From a virus (taxonomy: Duplodnaviria; Caudoviricetes), in the IMG/VR virus record IMGVR_UViG_3300046331_000690, positions 1 to 56,120 of that record: a stretch of 56,120 nucleotides of DNA; one strand, written 5' to 3'. Shown one piece after another: positions 28,755-37,036 of the stretch. A model generated the notes under the pieces. The model worked only from the letters and a program-made list of their open reading frames with translations, did not search any database and was not told the DNA's origin. The stretch's first letter is position 1. The number at the start of each line of letters is the position of its first letter. The position numbers and the translations under genes are program-made.

Positions 28755-28796
28755 ATTATCTCAATGATTAAAAATTTATCAATCTGATTAAATTTG
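28755..28796 (+). promoter_or_regulatory. Late promoter/operator B
   Basis: Degenerate copy of 10864-10905 with the identical core TGATTAAAAATTTATCAAT and a TAAATTTG -7 box. Confidence 0.7.
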
Positions 28797-28807
28797 TAAG
28801 GCAAAAC

Positions 28808-28880
28808 AGCAGTGTAGAGCAGCTGGTAGCTCGAAAGTCTCATAATCTTTAGGTCGCTGGTTCGAGTCCAGCCACTGCAA
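28808..28880 (+). tRNA. tRNA-Met (CAT), initiator-like
   Basis: Cloverleaf: GCAGTG/CACTGC acceptor with unpaired 1:72, GAGC/GCTC D-stem, CTCATAA loop, GCTGG-TTCGAGT-CCAGC T arm. Confidence 0.85.
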
Positions 28881-28895
28881 CAAAAAATTTAAACT

Positions 28896-29243
28896 ATGTC
28901 AAAAGTTCTAGTTATTCGCAAAACAGATAAGACCATTCACAAAGTTTCGCTTCAAAATAAAGCCACTTTACTAGCTTTCAACAACAGGTTACCAGCCGGT
29001 CAAAAATGGACATTTGAGGAAATGGAAGCAGAAGAAGCAGAAAAGCTACCTTTTATTGACGATGCCTATGTAACAGCAGGTGAGGCACAAAATAAAGTTG
29101 GTGTACTTACTCAGGAAGTAGAAGTGAAGGATGCAAGGATTGCTGAACTGGAAGCAAAGTTGGCAGCATTGAGCGCTTCGGCAGAGGCAGCAGCACCGGT
29201 TATTCCAGCAGCGCCGGTTAAGGAACCAGCAGCAAAAAAATAA
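28896..29243 (+). CDS. Hypothetical protein
   Basis: 115-aa ORF with a coiled coil and an Ala/Pro tail. Confidence 0.65.
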   Translation: MSKVLVIRKTDKTIHKVSLQNKATLLAFNNRLPAGQKWTFEEMEAEEAEKLPFIDDAYVTAGEAQNKVGVLTQEVEVKDARIAELEAKLAALSASAEAAAPVIPAAPVKEPAAKK

Positions 29244-29286
29244 TTTATTCAACCCGATTGTTTTAACCCAACAATAATACTTTTTT

Positions 29287-30168
29287 ATGGCAAAAATCAG
29301 CTCAGTTTTAGAAAGACAGTTTAAGAAATTAGGTATAGAAATTACAGACGAACTGAAAACAGTTCTTGAGATAGAAGGGGAAATGCCTGATGATGTTGCT
29401 TCTAAAATTGACAAAGGGTTACTTACCCTAGAGGCTGCCAAAACCAATCCTGAAATAACCAAGTCATTAAAGCAGAGTACCCTTGCCGGGGCTGATGCTA
29501 AGATGGATGAAATTATTAAGGAAATGGGCCTGACAGTAGGTGAAGATTTTGCAGGTGAAAAGAATACCTATGAAAAAATTAGCATGCTGAGTAAAATGTT
29601 GCATGAGCAGGGGAAGAAAAAAGGGGAAGGTAACAGCAAAGAAAGTGTAAGTGATCTTTTGAAAAAAGAGCGTGAAGCATTTGCAGCTAAAGAAGCTGAT
29701 ATGCAAAAGAAATTGAAAGACCTTACAGACGGACTTACCAGTAAGGAATCTGAATTTAAAAATATCAGGGAGAGTGATCTTACATCATTTGAACTGCAAA
29801 AAATATTACTTGGGAAAGACTATGTTTTTCCTAAGGAAATGGATAGTTCTTTAAAAGTACAAACTGCTTTGGGAGCTCTCAATAAGGACCTAGCCGAAAA
29901 GGGATTGGTTATCAAACGAAACGAAGCCGGATCATTGGTAATTACCGATAAAGAAGGCCAAAAAGCGTACACTGATAAGCATGAACCAATTGACAGTCCA
30001 CACTCATACATTGACGGCGTGCTTACGCAAAACAAATTACTGAACATTAATGACCCTAATGCTCAGAAACAACAACAGGGGTCACAAGGAGCACAAACTA
30101 TTCCAGGAACTGGCGCAAAAGGAAATGCAACAATTGTTGCAGAGATTGATGCACAGATTTTTAAATAG
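29287..30168 (+). CDS. Capsid scaffolding protein
   Basis: Charged, helical protein directly before the capsid gene. Confidence 0.65.
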   Translation: MAKISSVLERQFKKLGIEITDELKTVLEIEGEMPDDVASKIDKGLLTLEAAKTNPEITKSLKQSTLAGADAKMDEIIKEMGLTVGEDFAGEKNTYEKISMLSKMLHEQGKKKGEGNSKESVSDLLKKEREAFAAKEADMQKKLKDLTDGLTSKESEFKNIRESDLTSFELQKILLGKDYVFPKEMDSSLKVQTALGALNKDLAEKGLVIKRNEAGSLVITDKEGQKAYTDKHEPIDSPHSYIDGVLTQNKLLNINDPNAQKQQQGSQGAQTIPGTGAKGNATIVAEIDAQIFK

Positions 30169-30207
30169 GCTCAATACTATCTCTTTTATTTTTTCAACTT
30201 AATTACA

Positions 30208-31329
30208 ATGGGTAAAGGATTAGCCAATGCCCTCTTGATATCTTCCCGTGAAGTTTTCAGAGGAGCTACGCCTATAACTAAATTAACCACTCCGGGTTTT
30301 TTGCAGTACCTGCTGCAGAATAACAAGCCAAAGATTGTCAGCATGGCAAAAGATGATGGCACAGGATATTTACGTGATCTTAAAATCAGATTCCGTACCA
30401 GGGGTGTTCCCGGCAGATCAGTAACAACTGATGATTGTTCTGTACAAGTAAAGCCAGCCTATCAGGAACTGGTAGTTCCTGCCACCAGCTATCGTGCTTT
30501 TGGGCTTTGTTTTGAAGATGATGAAATTGCCAAATTTGAAAGCGATTCATTGGCACAATTGAGTGCCGGTAATCCTACCATGACAGGCATCATGAAGGAT
30601 GTATATGAAGCAATCATTGAGCAAGCCAATGGTTTTGTTGCTGATATCAACCTTGATTTATTGGCATTACAGGCCGCCAATTTTGGAAAGAATGCCACTA
30701 CCGGATTTAATACTGCCAAAGCAGTAAACTTCCCATTAAGCACTGCTACCAATCCTTTAGCATCTGGCATGACAGATGTAATGGCTGATGCAATGGCAAA
30801 TGAAATGCGTCTTTCTGGAGCATGCATAGTAGGTAGCGGTTTGATCAACAACTATTACCTGAACCAAAGTGCAATACCTGCAGGGCAAGGCAATCAGGCT
30901 GGTATTAATACATCTATGTTGGCATTACCAAACTTTTATTTTGATCCTTATGCCCAAACATCATGGGGAGCTAATCAGTTTGGTTTGTTTGAAAAAGATG
31001 CAATCCAGTTTGTAAATACCTGCCGTTTCAGAGGTGCCAAAGCTGGTCAGAAAGGAAGTGATTTCTTTATGACATTGAGGTTGCCTTTGATTGATAGTCT
31101 TGGCCAGGGTGATTTAGGTTATTTTGAATTTGATGTTCAATTGGCATACAGAACCTGCCCAAGTGAAATAGTAATCAACGGCGGTGCACCGGTACAAATT
31201 GGTCGTGGTTGGAATATCATTTTGAGCTGCTCATACCAGACAATAAATATTCCTTCTAACAGCTATGAGGCTACTGACAGGTTAAATCAGGTAAACGGAA
31301 CCTTCCTTTACTCAGCTACAAACGCATAG
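30208..31329 (+). CDS. Major capsid protein
   Basis: 373 aa; position after the scaffold gene and composition fit. Confidence 0.7.
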   Translation: MGKGLANALLISSREVFRGATPITKLTTPGFLQYLLQNNKPKIVSMAKDDGTGYLRDLKIRFRTRGVPGRSVTTDDCSVQVKPAYQELVVPATSYRAFGLCFEDDEIAKFESDSLAQLSAGNPTMTGIMKDVYEAIIEQANGFVADINLDLLALQAANFGKNATTGFNTAKAVNFPLSTATNPLASGMTDVMADAMANEMRLSGACIVGSGLINNYYLNQSAIPAGQGNQAGINTSMLALPNFYFDPYAQTSWGANQFGLFEKDAIQFVNTCRFRGAKAGQKGSDFFMTLRLPLIDSLGQGDLGYFEFDVQLAYRTCPSEIVINGGAPVQIGRGWNIILSCSYQTINIPSNSYEATDRLNQVNGTFLYSATNA

Positions 31330-31337
31330 TAAAATAA

Positions 31338-31895
31338 ATGAACTGTTTAGTAAATAGGATAGGCATAAAAGGTTGCGGAGCTCCATCCATAACTGCTTCA
31401 GCACCGGGGGTAACTCCAGTAGTTGAAGAATTGCCTATCCTTTTTATAAATCAGCTACCAGGGGTTACTTTAGAAAATATTGAAGCACTGGCAGATGATG
31501 AACAGGAAACATTTATTGGGGTATGGAATGATGTGGCACTTAGGACCATGAAGAAGTTTGAGATACTGGTAAAAGCAAAATTAAACCGGTGTTATAAGCT
31601 AACTGATAAAACAGTAGTGGAGTGCCTTGTTTGCGAAAAAAAGGAATTGTTTGATGTGGCGCTTTGGTACCTGCATGGAACAGAATTGATGATTGAAAGG
31701 ACTAGCACGGATGAAATGAGCCGGTTTACAACTATTGATTTAGAGAAGGCAGAGCAATTAAAGGAAGAGTTTTTTCGAGAGTTTTCTGCTGCTTTGGATG
31801 ATGCTGTAAATAGTATCAATCCTGCTGATAGTGACTGTGTAATAAGTTGTGTGGAATGTAACGACACCGTAAAATGGGTAATGCAAACACCATGA
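31338..31895 (+). CDS. Head-tail adaptor-like protein
   Basis: Position after the capsid gene. Confidence 0.45.
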   Translation: MNCLVNRIGIKGCGAPSITASAPGVTPVVEELPILFINQLPGVTLENIEALADDEQETFIGVWNDVALRTMKKFEILVKAKLNRCYKLTDKTVVECLVCEKKELFDVALWYLHGTELMIERTSTDEMSRFTTIDLEKAEQLKEEFFREFSAALDDAVNSINPADSDCVISCVECNDTVKWVMQTP

Positions 31896-32515
31896 TCAGC
31901 GTAAACAGCAATATCAATGTTATCATTAAAGCAAAGCTGGAGCAAATTCAAGCCTTAAAAAACAACCCTGATCCGATTTTAAGAACAGTAGCATTGGCGG
32001 TATTACCAGAATTTAAACACCGGATTCATGTGGATGGTAAGGATAGTAACGGCGGACAGATTGGAGAATATAGTCCGGGTTACATGAAAGTAAGAACAGG
32101 TAATTATCAGGATGCAGCCAAAATTAAAAAAGGTGCTAAAGCAGGTGAATTTAAGGATAAAAAGAAAAAAGGAGAAGCCGGGAAATTTACTGATAGAACT
32201 ATTCGCTTAAATAAAAATACCGGTGTATTTACCGGAGAGGATAAAACCGGCACCAATAGGCCAACTTATAACAGAACTAGCGATAATAAAGTGATACTCT
32301 CACTTACCCGGCAAATGGAAAACGATTTGAGTATTATACCTACCGGTAATGGATACGGAATTGGTTATCTGAATCCGGATAATTTTAAAAAGGCTACTTA
32401 TTGTGAGGCCAAATACAAGAAAAAAATATTGACCAAATTAACGAAGGAAGAAAAGGATTTGGCAATAAAATCAGCACAAGATTTTGTTCCTGACTATTTA
32501 AAAACATTACAATAA
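31892..32515 (+). CDS. Virion morphogenesis/tail completion-like protein
   Basis: Basic protein with a V.LSLTRQM motif; ATGA overlap start. Confidence 0.5.
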   Translation: MISVNSNINVIIKAKLEQIQALKNNPDPILRTVALAVLPEFKHRIHVDGKDSNGGQIGEYSPGYMKVRTGNYQDAAKIKKGAKAGEFKDKKKKGEAGKFTDRTIRLNKNTGVFTGEDKTGTNRPTYNRTSDNKVILSLTRQMENDLSIIPTGNGYGIGYLNPDNFKKATYCEAKYKKKILTKLTKEEKDLAIKSAQDFVPDYLKTLQ

Positions 32516-33112
32516 ATGCCTTTTATTAATCAGATAGTAACCTACATCAATGATTCTTTAAAGGCAGGTTCTTTGAATAAATCAGCATTGCAACCGGCAG
32601 TATATCATGAGCTCAGTACAGTAGTAGTACGCAAAAATGCTACACAAAAAGAGCCTGAATATTTACCGGCCATTATTTCACCAGAAGGCAAAGCCATGGT
32701 GATAACGCCTGATAGTAAATTGGCCATACAAATTTATCATAAGCAGCTTACCAATGTGTACAGCTATGAGAAAAAAAGCTATGGCAATAATTATGATGTA
32801 AAAAGCAGTACAGAGCTGGCCATGATTGTTATTACCAACAGTAAATTAATTGGTAGTAATAAAGATGCAGTAGAGCCACTCTTTGTTTTTGGAATACCAC
32901 AGGTACCAACACAAAGCTTTTTACAGCAATTAAATATCATCAATTGCTCTATTACTCCTTTGGGATCTAATATGAATCATGTAGAAGTATTTAGACAGGA
33001 ATACCCAAAGAGTGACTATTTTTTAAATGAGCAAATGAGTATGTTTTTAATCCGATACAGAATTGAAATGAAGTTTAACCAGGCATGTGTAGATCAATGC
33101 CTTTGTCAATAA
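32516..33112 (+). CDS. Tail terminator-like protein
   Basis: Position only. Confidence 0.4.
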   Translation: MPFINQIVTYINDSLKAGSLNKSALQPAVYHELSTVVVRKNATQKEPEYLPAIISPEGKAMVITPDSKLAIQIYHKQLTNVYSYEKKSYGNNYDVKSSTELAMIVITNSKLIGSNKDAVEPLFVFGIPQVPTQSFLQQLNIINCSITPLGSNMNHVEVFRQEYPKSDYFLNEQMSMFLIRYRIEMKFNQACVDQCLCQ

Positions 33113-33141
33113 AATTTATTCAACTTAAAAATTCATCAAAA

Positions 33142-33597
33142 ATGAAAAGTTTAAAATTTCTTATCTGCTCCATGTTAGTATTGGCTTGCAGCTTATCGTT
33201 ATCTGCTCAAATCCAGTATCAAAAAACAATATCCGGTAAACTAGTACCAGTTGGTAAAATTGCAACATATACCACAGCCAATGCAACACCTGTAGTAATT
33301 GATACACTTGCCATTGCAGACAATAGTGCCGGTATAATGGAAATTGTTGCTGTAGGTTCCACAACAGCAGGTGACGGTGTAACTGGCAAATTATATTACC
33401 GGTATAAAAAAGTTGCCGGCACATTAACGGTAGCAACTGCAGAGGTAGCATCAGCCATTGTAGCAGATACCAATGTTAGTGGTGCCACATTCGCTTTTGC
33501 AGCCACATCATACGGTAATGGAAAGTTAACGATAACCGGAAAGGCTGCTTTAAGTATCAAGTGGCGAACCTTAATAAAGCCTTACTATAATTTTTAA
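33142..33597 (+). CDS. Beta-rich late protein with a Sec signal peptide
   Basis: MKSLKFLICSMLVLACSLSLSA|Q. Confidence 0.65.
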   Translation: MKSLKFLICSMLVLACSLSLSAQIQYQKTISGKLVPVGKIATYTTANATPVVIDTLAIADNSAGIMEIVAVGSTTAGDGVTGKLYYRYKKVAGTLTVATAEVASAIVADTNVSGATFAFAATSYGNGKLTITGKAALSIKWRTLIKPYYNF

Positions 33598-33656
33598 GTA
33601 AGGCATGACCGGTTAGCCGGTAAAACATCAATTTTTCAATTTTTCAATTTTATATT

Positions 33657-34223
33657 ATGGGTTCCTATTCATCATTATATGGTTGCGGCGGTAGCGAAGC
33701 TCTGCACGTATGCCACGATTGCCCGGGTTCTTTTGAAAGAGAATTTGCCCGGGTTCGCCTTTCTGGTTTTGTGAAAAAAAATTATTACGCTACCCTTAAA
33801 GCTAGTCCACTTGATCTTGCAGTTTGGCAAGCTGGTGTTGATGCTGGAAATATTATCATATTGCCTGAAACATCCGGTAATTATGATCCGGGAGAGCCAA
33901 AAGAGTTGAAGGGCTTTGGTAGCCGCCGGGTTACTTATGGTCCACGCAACATGAAGTTGTTGATTAATGATCCTGTGTATTATGAGAATTATCATTTCTA
34001 TAATGAGATCATTGACAGGACAGATTTAATTCCATTTTTTGGTACCAGCAGCTTGCTTCATTTATTTGATGAAACTGCTTCTATCAAAGCAAAGGATCCT
34101 GTAGCTGATGATCTGGAAGAAGAAGTAATCTGGAATGTAGAATGTGAGGTAATTAGCAAAAATATTCCTGCTAAATATCCACTGGCTACCATTGAATCGC
34201 TCTTTGTTTGTGGGGATTTTTAG
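33657..34223 (+). CDS. Major tail tube protein (a -1 frameshift form would extend to 34294)
   Basis: Size, position, and the G.YD.GEP....GFG pattern; slippery end. Confidence 0.6.
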   Translation: MGSYSSLYGCGGSEALHVCHDCPGSFEREFARVRLSGFVKKNYYATLKASPLDLAVWQAGVDAGNIIILPETSGNYDPGEPKELKGFGSRRVTYGPRNMKLLINDPVYYENYHFYNEIIDRTDLIPFFGTSSLLHLFDETASIKAKDPVADDLEEEVIWNVECEVISKNIPAKYPLATIESLFVCGDF

Positions 34224-34296
34224 GTGGGGGGTCCGGTATCCCTTACACCGGAGAATTCAATGAAGATTTCAACGATGATTTTTTAAACGGATAGGG

Positions 34297-34326
34297 GAAG
34301 GGGTAAATTATTTTACCCCTTCTTTT
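34297..34326 (+). terminator. Intrinsic terminator
   Basis: GAAGGGGTAAA-ttat-TTTACCCCTTC followed by TTTT. Confidence 0.75.
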
Positions 34327-34340
34327 AAAACATACTTACA

Positions 34341-35156
34341 ATGAAAATTCTTTTTTTATTCCTTTCATTTTCTATCTGCCTTTTATCTTTTGGGCAAGAC
34401 CCAACGGCTAAAATTGCAACAGCAAGAGCATACAATAGTGCCAATATTGTTACCAATAATGTGAAGGCTATAACAGCTACTAAAGTAAATACAGCCAATA
34501 CAAAAATATTAGACGCTATAGCTGCATTGAGGGATAGTGCAACGGGTTCTACTGGTTGGGGATTAACTGGCAATACAGGAACTAGCTCTATAACTAAATA
34601 TATCGGTACAAACGATACAGCAAGTTTTATAATTAGAACGAATAGCGTTCCGGCAATTACAGTTACACAGGATGGCAATACTGGTATAGGCACCACTACT
34701 CCCAATAGTAAATTAGATGTAAATGGTGACGTAAATGTTACTGGATCAGTAGCTGCATATTTTTATTATGGCAATGGATCAAATCTTACTAGCCTGCCAG
34801 ATTCAAGGCCGTATAAAAGTTATGTTGCAAGAATTTATCAGGTATCAACTTTTGCTCCTGCAGTAGCTCATTATTTTCCAGACACTGGGTTGCCGGGAAT
34901 TGCCGTAAGTTATGGAAGAACAGGGGTAGGAGTTTACACAATTACATTAACCTGGGATAATACAATTACTACTGCCACTGAAGATAATTTTACAATTAAC
35001 CTAACTGGCTTACTAAAATATAATTACAATTTAGTTTCTCAATCAGCATCTGGCAGTACAACAACATTAGTATATACCATAAATAACTACGATCATGCTG
35101 GTGGTTTAGTTGATGGTATATACAGAGGCTATTTAGAAATAAGATATTACCCATAA
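34341..35156 (+). CDS. Fibre-like protein with a signal peptide
   Basis: LSFG|Q, N-terminal ARAYN..NIVTN..KAITATKVNTA domain, and GNTGIGTTTP..KLDVNG. Confidence 0.65.
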   Translation: MKILFLFLSFSICLLSFGQDPTAKIATARAYNSANIVTNNVKAITATKVNTANTKILDAIAALRDSATGSTGWGLTGNTGTSSITKYIGTNDTASFIIRTNSVPAITVTQDGNTGIGTTTPNSKLDVNGDVNVTGSVAAYFYYGNGSNLTSLPDSRPYKSYVARIYQVSTFAPAVAHYFPDTGLPGIAVSYGRTGVGVYTITLTWDNTITTATEDNFTINLTGLLKYNYNLVSQSASGSTTTLVYTINNYDHAGGLVDGIYRGYLEIRYYP

Positions 35157-35166
35157 AATATTACCA

Positions 35167-36621
35167 ATGAAAAAATTACTTTTTATACTTCCATTACTTT
35201 TTTTTGGAGTTGCATTTGCACAAACACCTGCCGCACTTGTAGATAGTGCCAGGGCATACAACAATACCAATATTGTAACGAATGCATCTAAGGCAATTAC
35301 TGCCACTAAGGTAAATACAGCTATCAATAAAACTCTAGATGCAGTTAATGGAGTGAGGCAATTTGCTGAGCATCAGATAAAACATGTATTGGTAGATACT
35401 GGCTTGGTAGCGAATGTTATTAATGATAGTACAGTTCTGATAAAGATTGACAGTACTGTTGTAACTTTTGGAGATACAGCAGAATTTGGAGGAACCATTG
35501 CAACTAGGGCAAATATTTTTGCTTTTAAAGATTGGGATATGGATTATGATCTTGATAACATTTACAACAAAAATACAGGTAATGTAGGCATTGGCACCAG
35601 TACACCTACAGCAAAACTGCATATTGCCGGCAATGTAAAAATAGTAGATGGAACTCAGGGGGCAGGTAAGGTACTTACAAGTGATGCAGATGGTAATTCA
35701 GCATGGGCGGTTCAATCATCTCCAGTTATTTATAATCAGATAATAGGTGAAGAAAAAATTAGCGATGGTAACAATATATTAGAATTTGATAGTGCTTATT
35801 TAAAAAAGACTATTGCCATTTATAGGAATGGGTTAAGGCTAAGAAATACTGATTTCAATCCTGTTTATACAAAAGCTGTATCACTTAATTTTACCCCTAC
35901 TATTGGTGATATTTTTATTAAAGATTATAAAAATATACCAGATACTGCTGCTGTTTTAATCTCCTTTAATATTGACAATAACTCTACAAGCTTTGATATA
36001 GAAGGTAGCGACTTTTTTACAGCAAGAGTAGATTGGGGTGATGGTGTTATAAATAATTACGCTGGATATACTATAACTGTATCTCATACATATACCACAA
36101 ATGGGATACATAATGCATCCTTTAAATTTAACAGCTTTTCAACGGTTACTGCTTTACTCTTAAATAATCAAAAAGTAGTTTATATTGATAATCTCGATTT
36201 ATTAACTCAATTATATTCATTAGGTTTAAGCTATAATCAGCTTACTCATTTTAATCCAAGAAAGCCTTTAAGCGGTTCGTTGACGTATCTAAGTTTAGAT
36301 CACAATAACATATCCAATTTTAACTTGTCATTACCCAGTATAAATGCTTTACAAATAATAAACGTTGGGTATAATGATTTAGTAAAATTCCATATAAATG
36401 GACCAACTCCAAGAAACACGTATGTAGTAGACTTGAGCAATAATCAATTGCCTGTTACAGAAATTAATAGTATATTAACTTATTTCGATTCTGGTACATT
36501 ACTTAATACTAATGCTGCATTTACTTTAGATCAGCAAACACCATCAGCTTCACCAACTGGAGCTGGTATAACTTCAAAGAATAACCTTATAACTTATGGT
36601 TGTACAGTAATAACAGATTAA
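35167..36621 (+). CDS. Fibre-like protein with a signal peptide, a PKD-like domain and leucine-rich repeats
   Basis: AFA|Q, the same N-terminal domain, VDWGDG..SHTY, and LxLxxNxL repeats. Confidence 0.7.
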   Translation: MKKLLFILPLLFFGVAFAQTPAALVDSARAYNNTNIVTNASKAITATKVNTAINKTLDAVNGVRQFAEHQIKHVLVDTGLVANVINDSTVLIKIDSTVVTFGDTAEFGGTIATRANIFAFKDWDMDYDLDNIYNKNTGNVGIGTSTPTAKLHIAGNVKIVDGTQGAGKVLTSDADGNSAWAVQSSPVIYNQIIGEEKISDGNNILEFDSAYLKKTIAIYRNGLRLRNTDFNPVYTKAVSLNFTPTIGDIFIKDYKNIPDTAAVLISFNIDNNSTSFDIEGSDFFTARVDWGDGVINNYAGYTITVSHTYTTNGIHNASFKFNSFSTVTALLLNNQKVVYIDNLDLLTQLYSLGLSYNQLTHFNPRKPLSGSLTYLSLDHNNISNFNLSLPSINALQIINVGYNDLVKFHINGPTPRNTYVVDLSNNQLPVTEINSILTYFDSGTLLNTNAAFTLDQQTPSASPTGAGITSKNNLITYGCTVITD

Positions 36622-36637
36622 AAAAGCTATCATAATC

Positions 36638-37036
36638 ATGAAAAAACTATTATCGATTATTTTATTACTGATTTCCATTGGGGTAAATGCTCAAATTAAG
36701 AGTAATACAGATTCTATTTTAAATGTTTTCAATTCAAGGATTTTAAACATTGAGAATATAAAGCCCTTTAAGCTTGGCACCGGCTTTACCAGCAAAAATG
36801 ATTTTGTAAATGTAAATTTTGATAGTGCTAATTTGAAATTATTGAATAGGATTATTACATTGGAGGCGGCTAGCACAAACCTTAATAATACAGTGATTTC
36901 ACAGGGTTCATTGATAACAGCACTGGCAAATAGAATTGCTATTTTAGAGGCTGATAAAATAGCAAAAGATTCAAAACAAATCATGAATGATTCAAGATTT
37001 ACATTAATTGAATCCTGGATTAAAAAACCTTTGTAA
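36638..37036 (+). CDS. Coiled-coil protein with a signal peptide
   Basis: VNA|Q and RIxxLE heptads. Confidence 0.65.
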   Translation: MKKLLSIILLLISIGVNAQIKSNTDSILNVFNSRILNIENIKPFKLGTGFTSKNDFVNVNFDSANLKLLNRIITLEAASTNLNNTVISQGSLITALANRIAILEADKIAKDSKQIMNDSRFTLIESWIKKPL

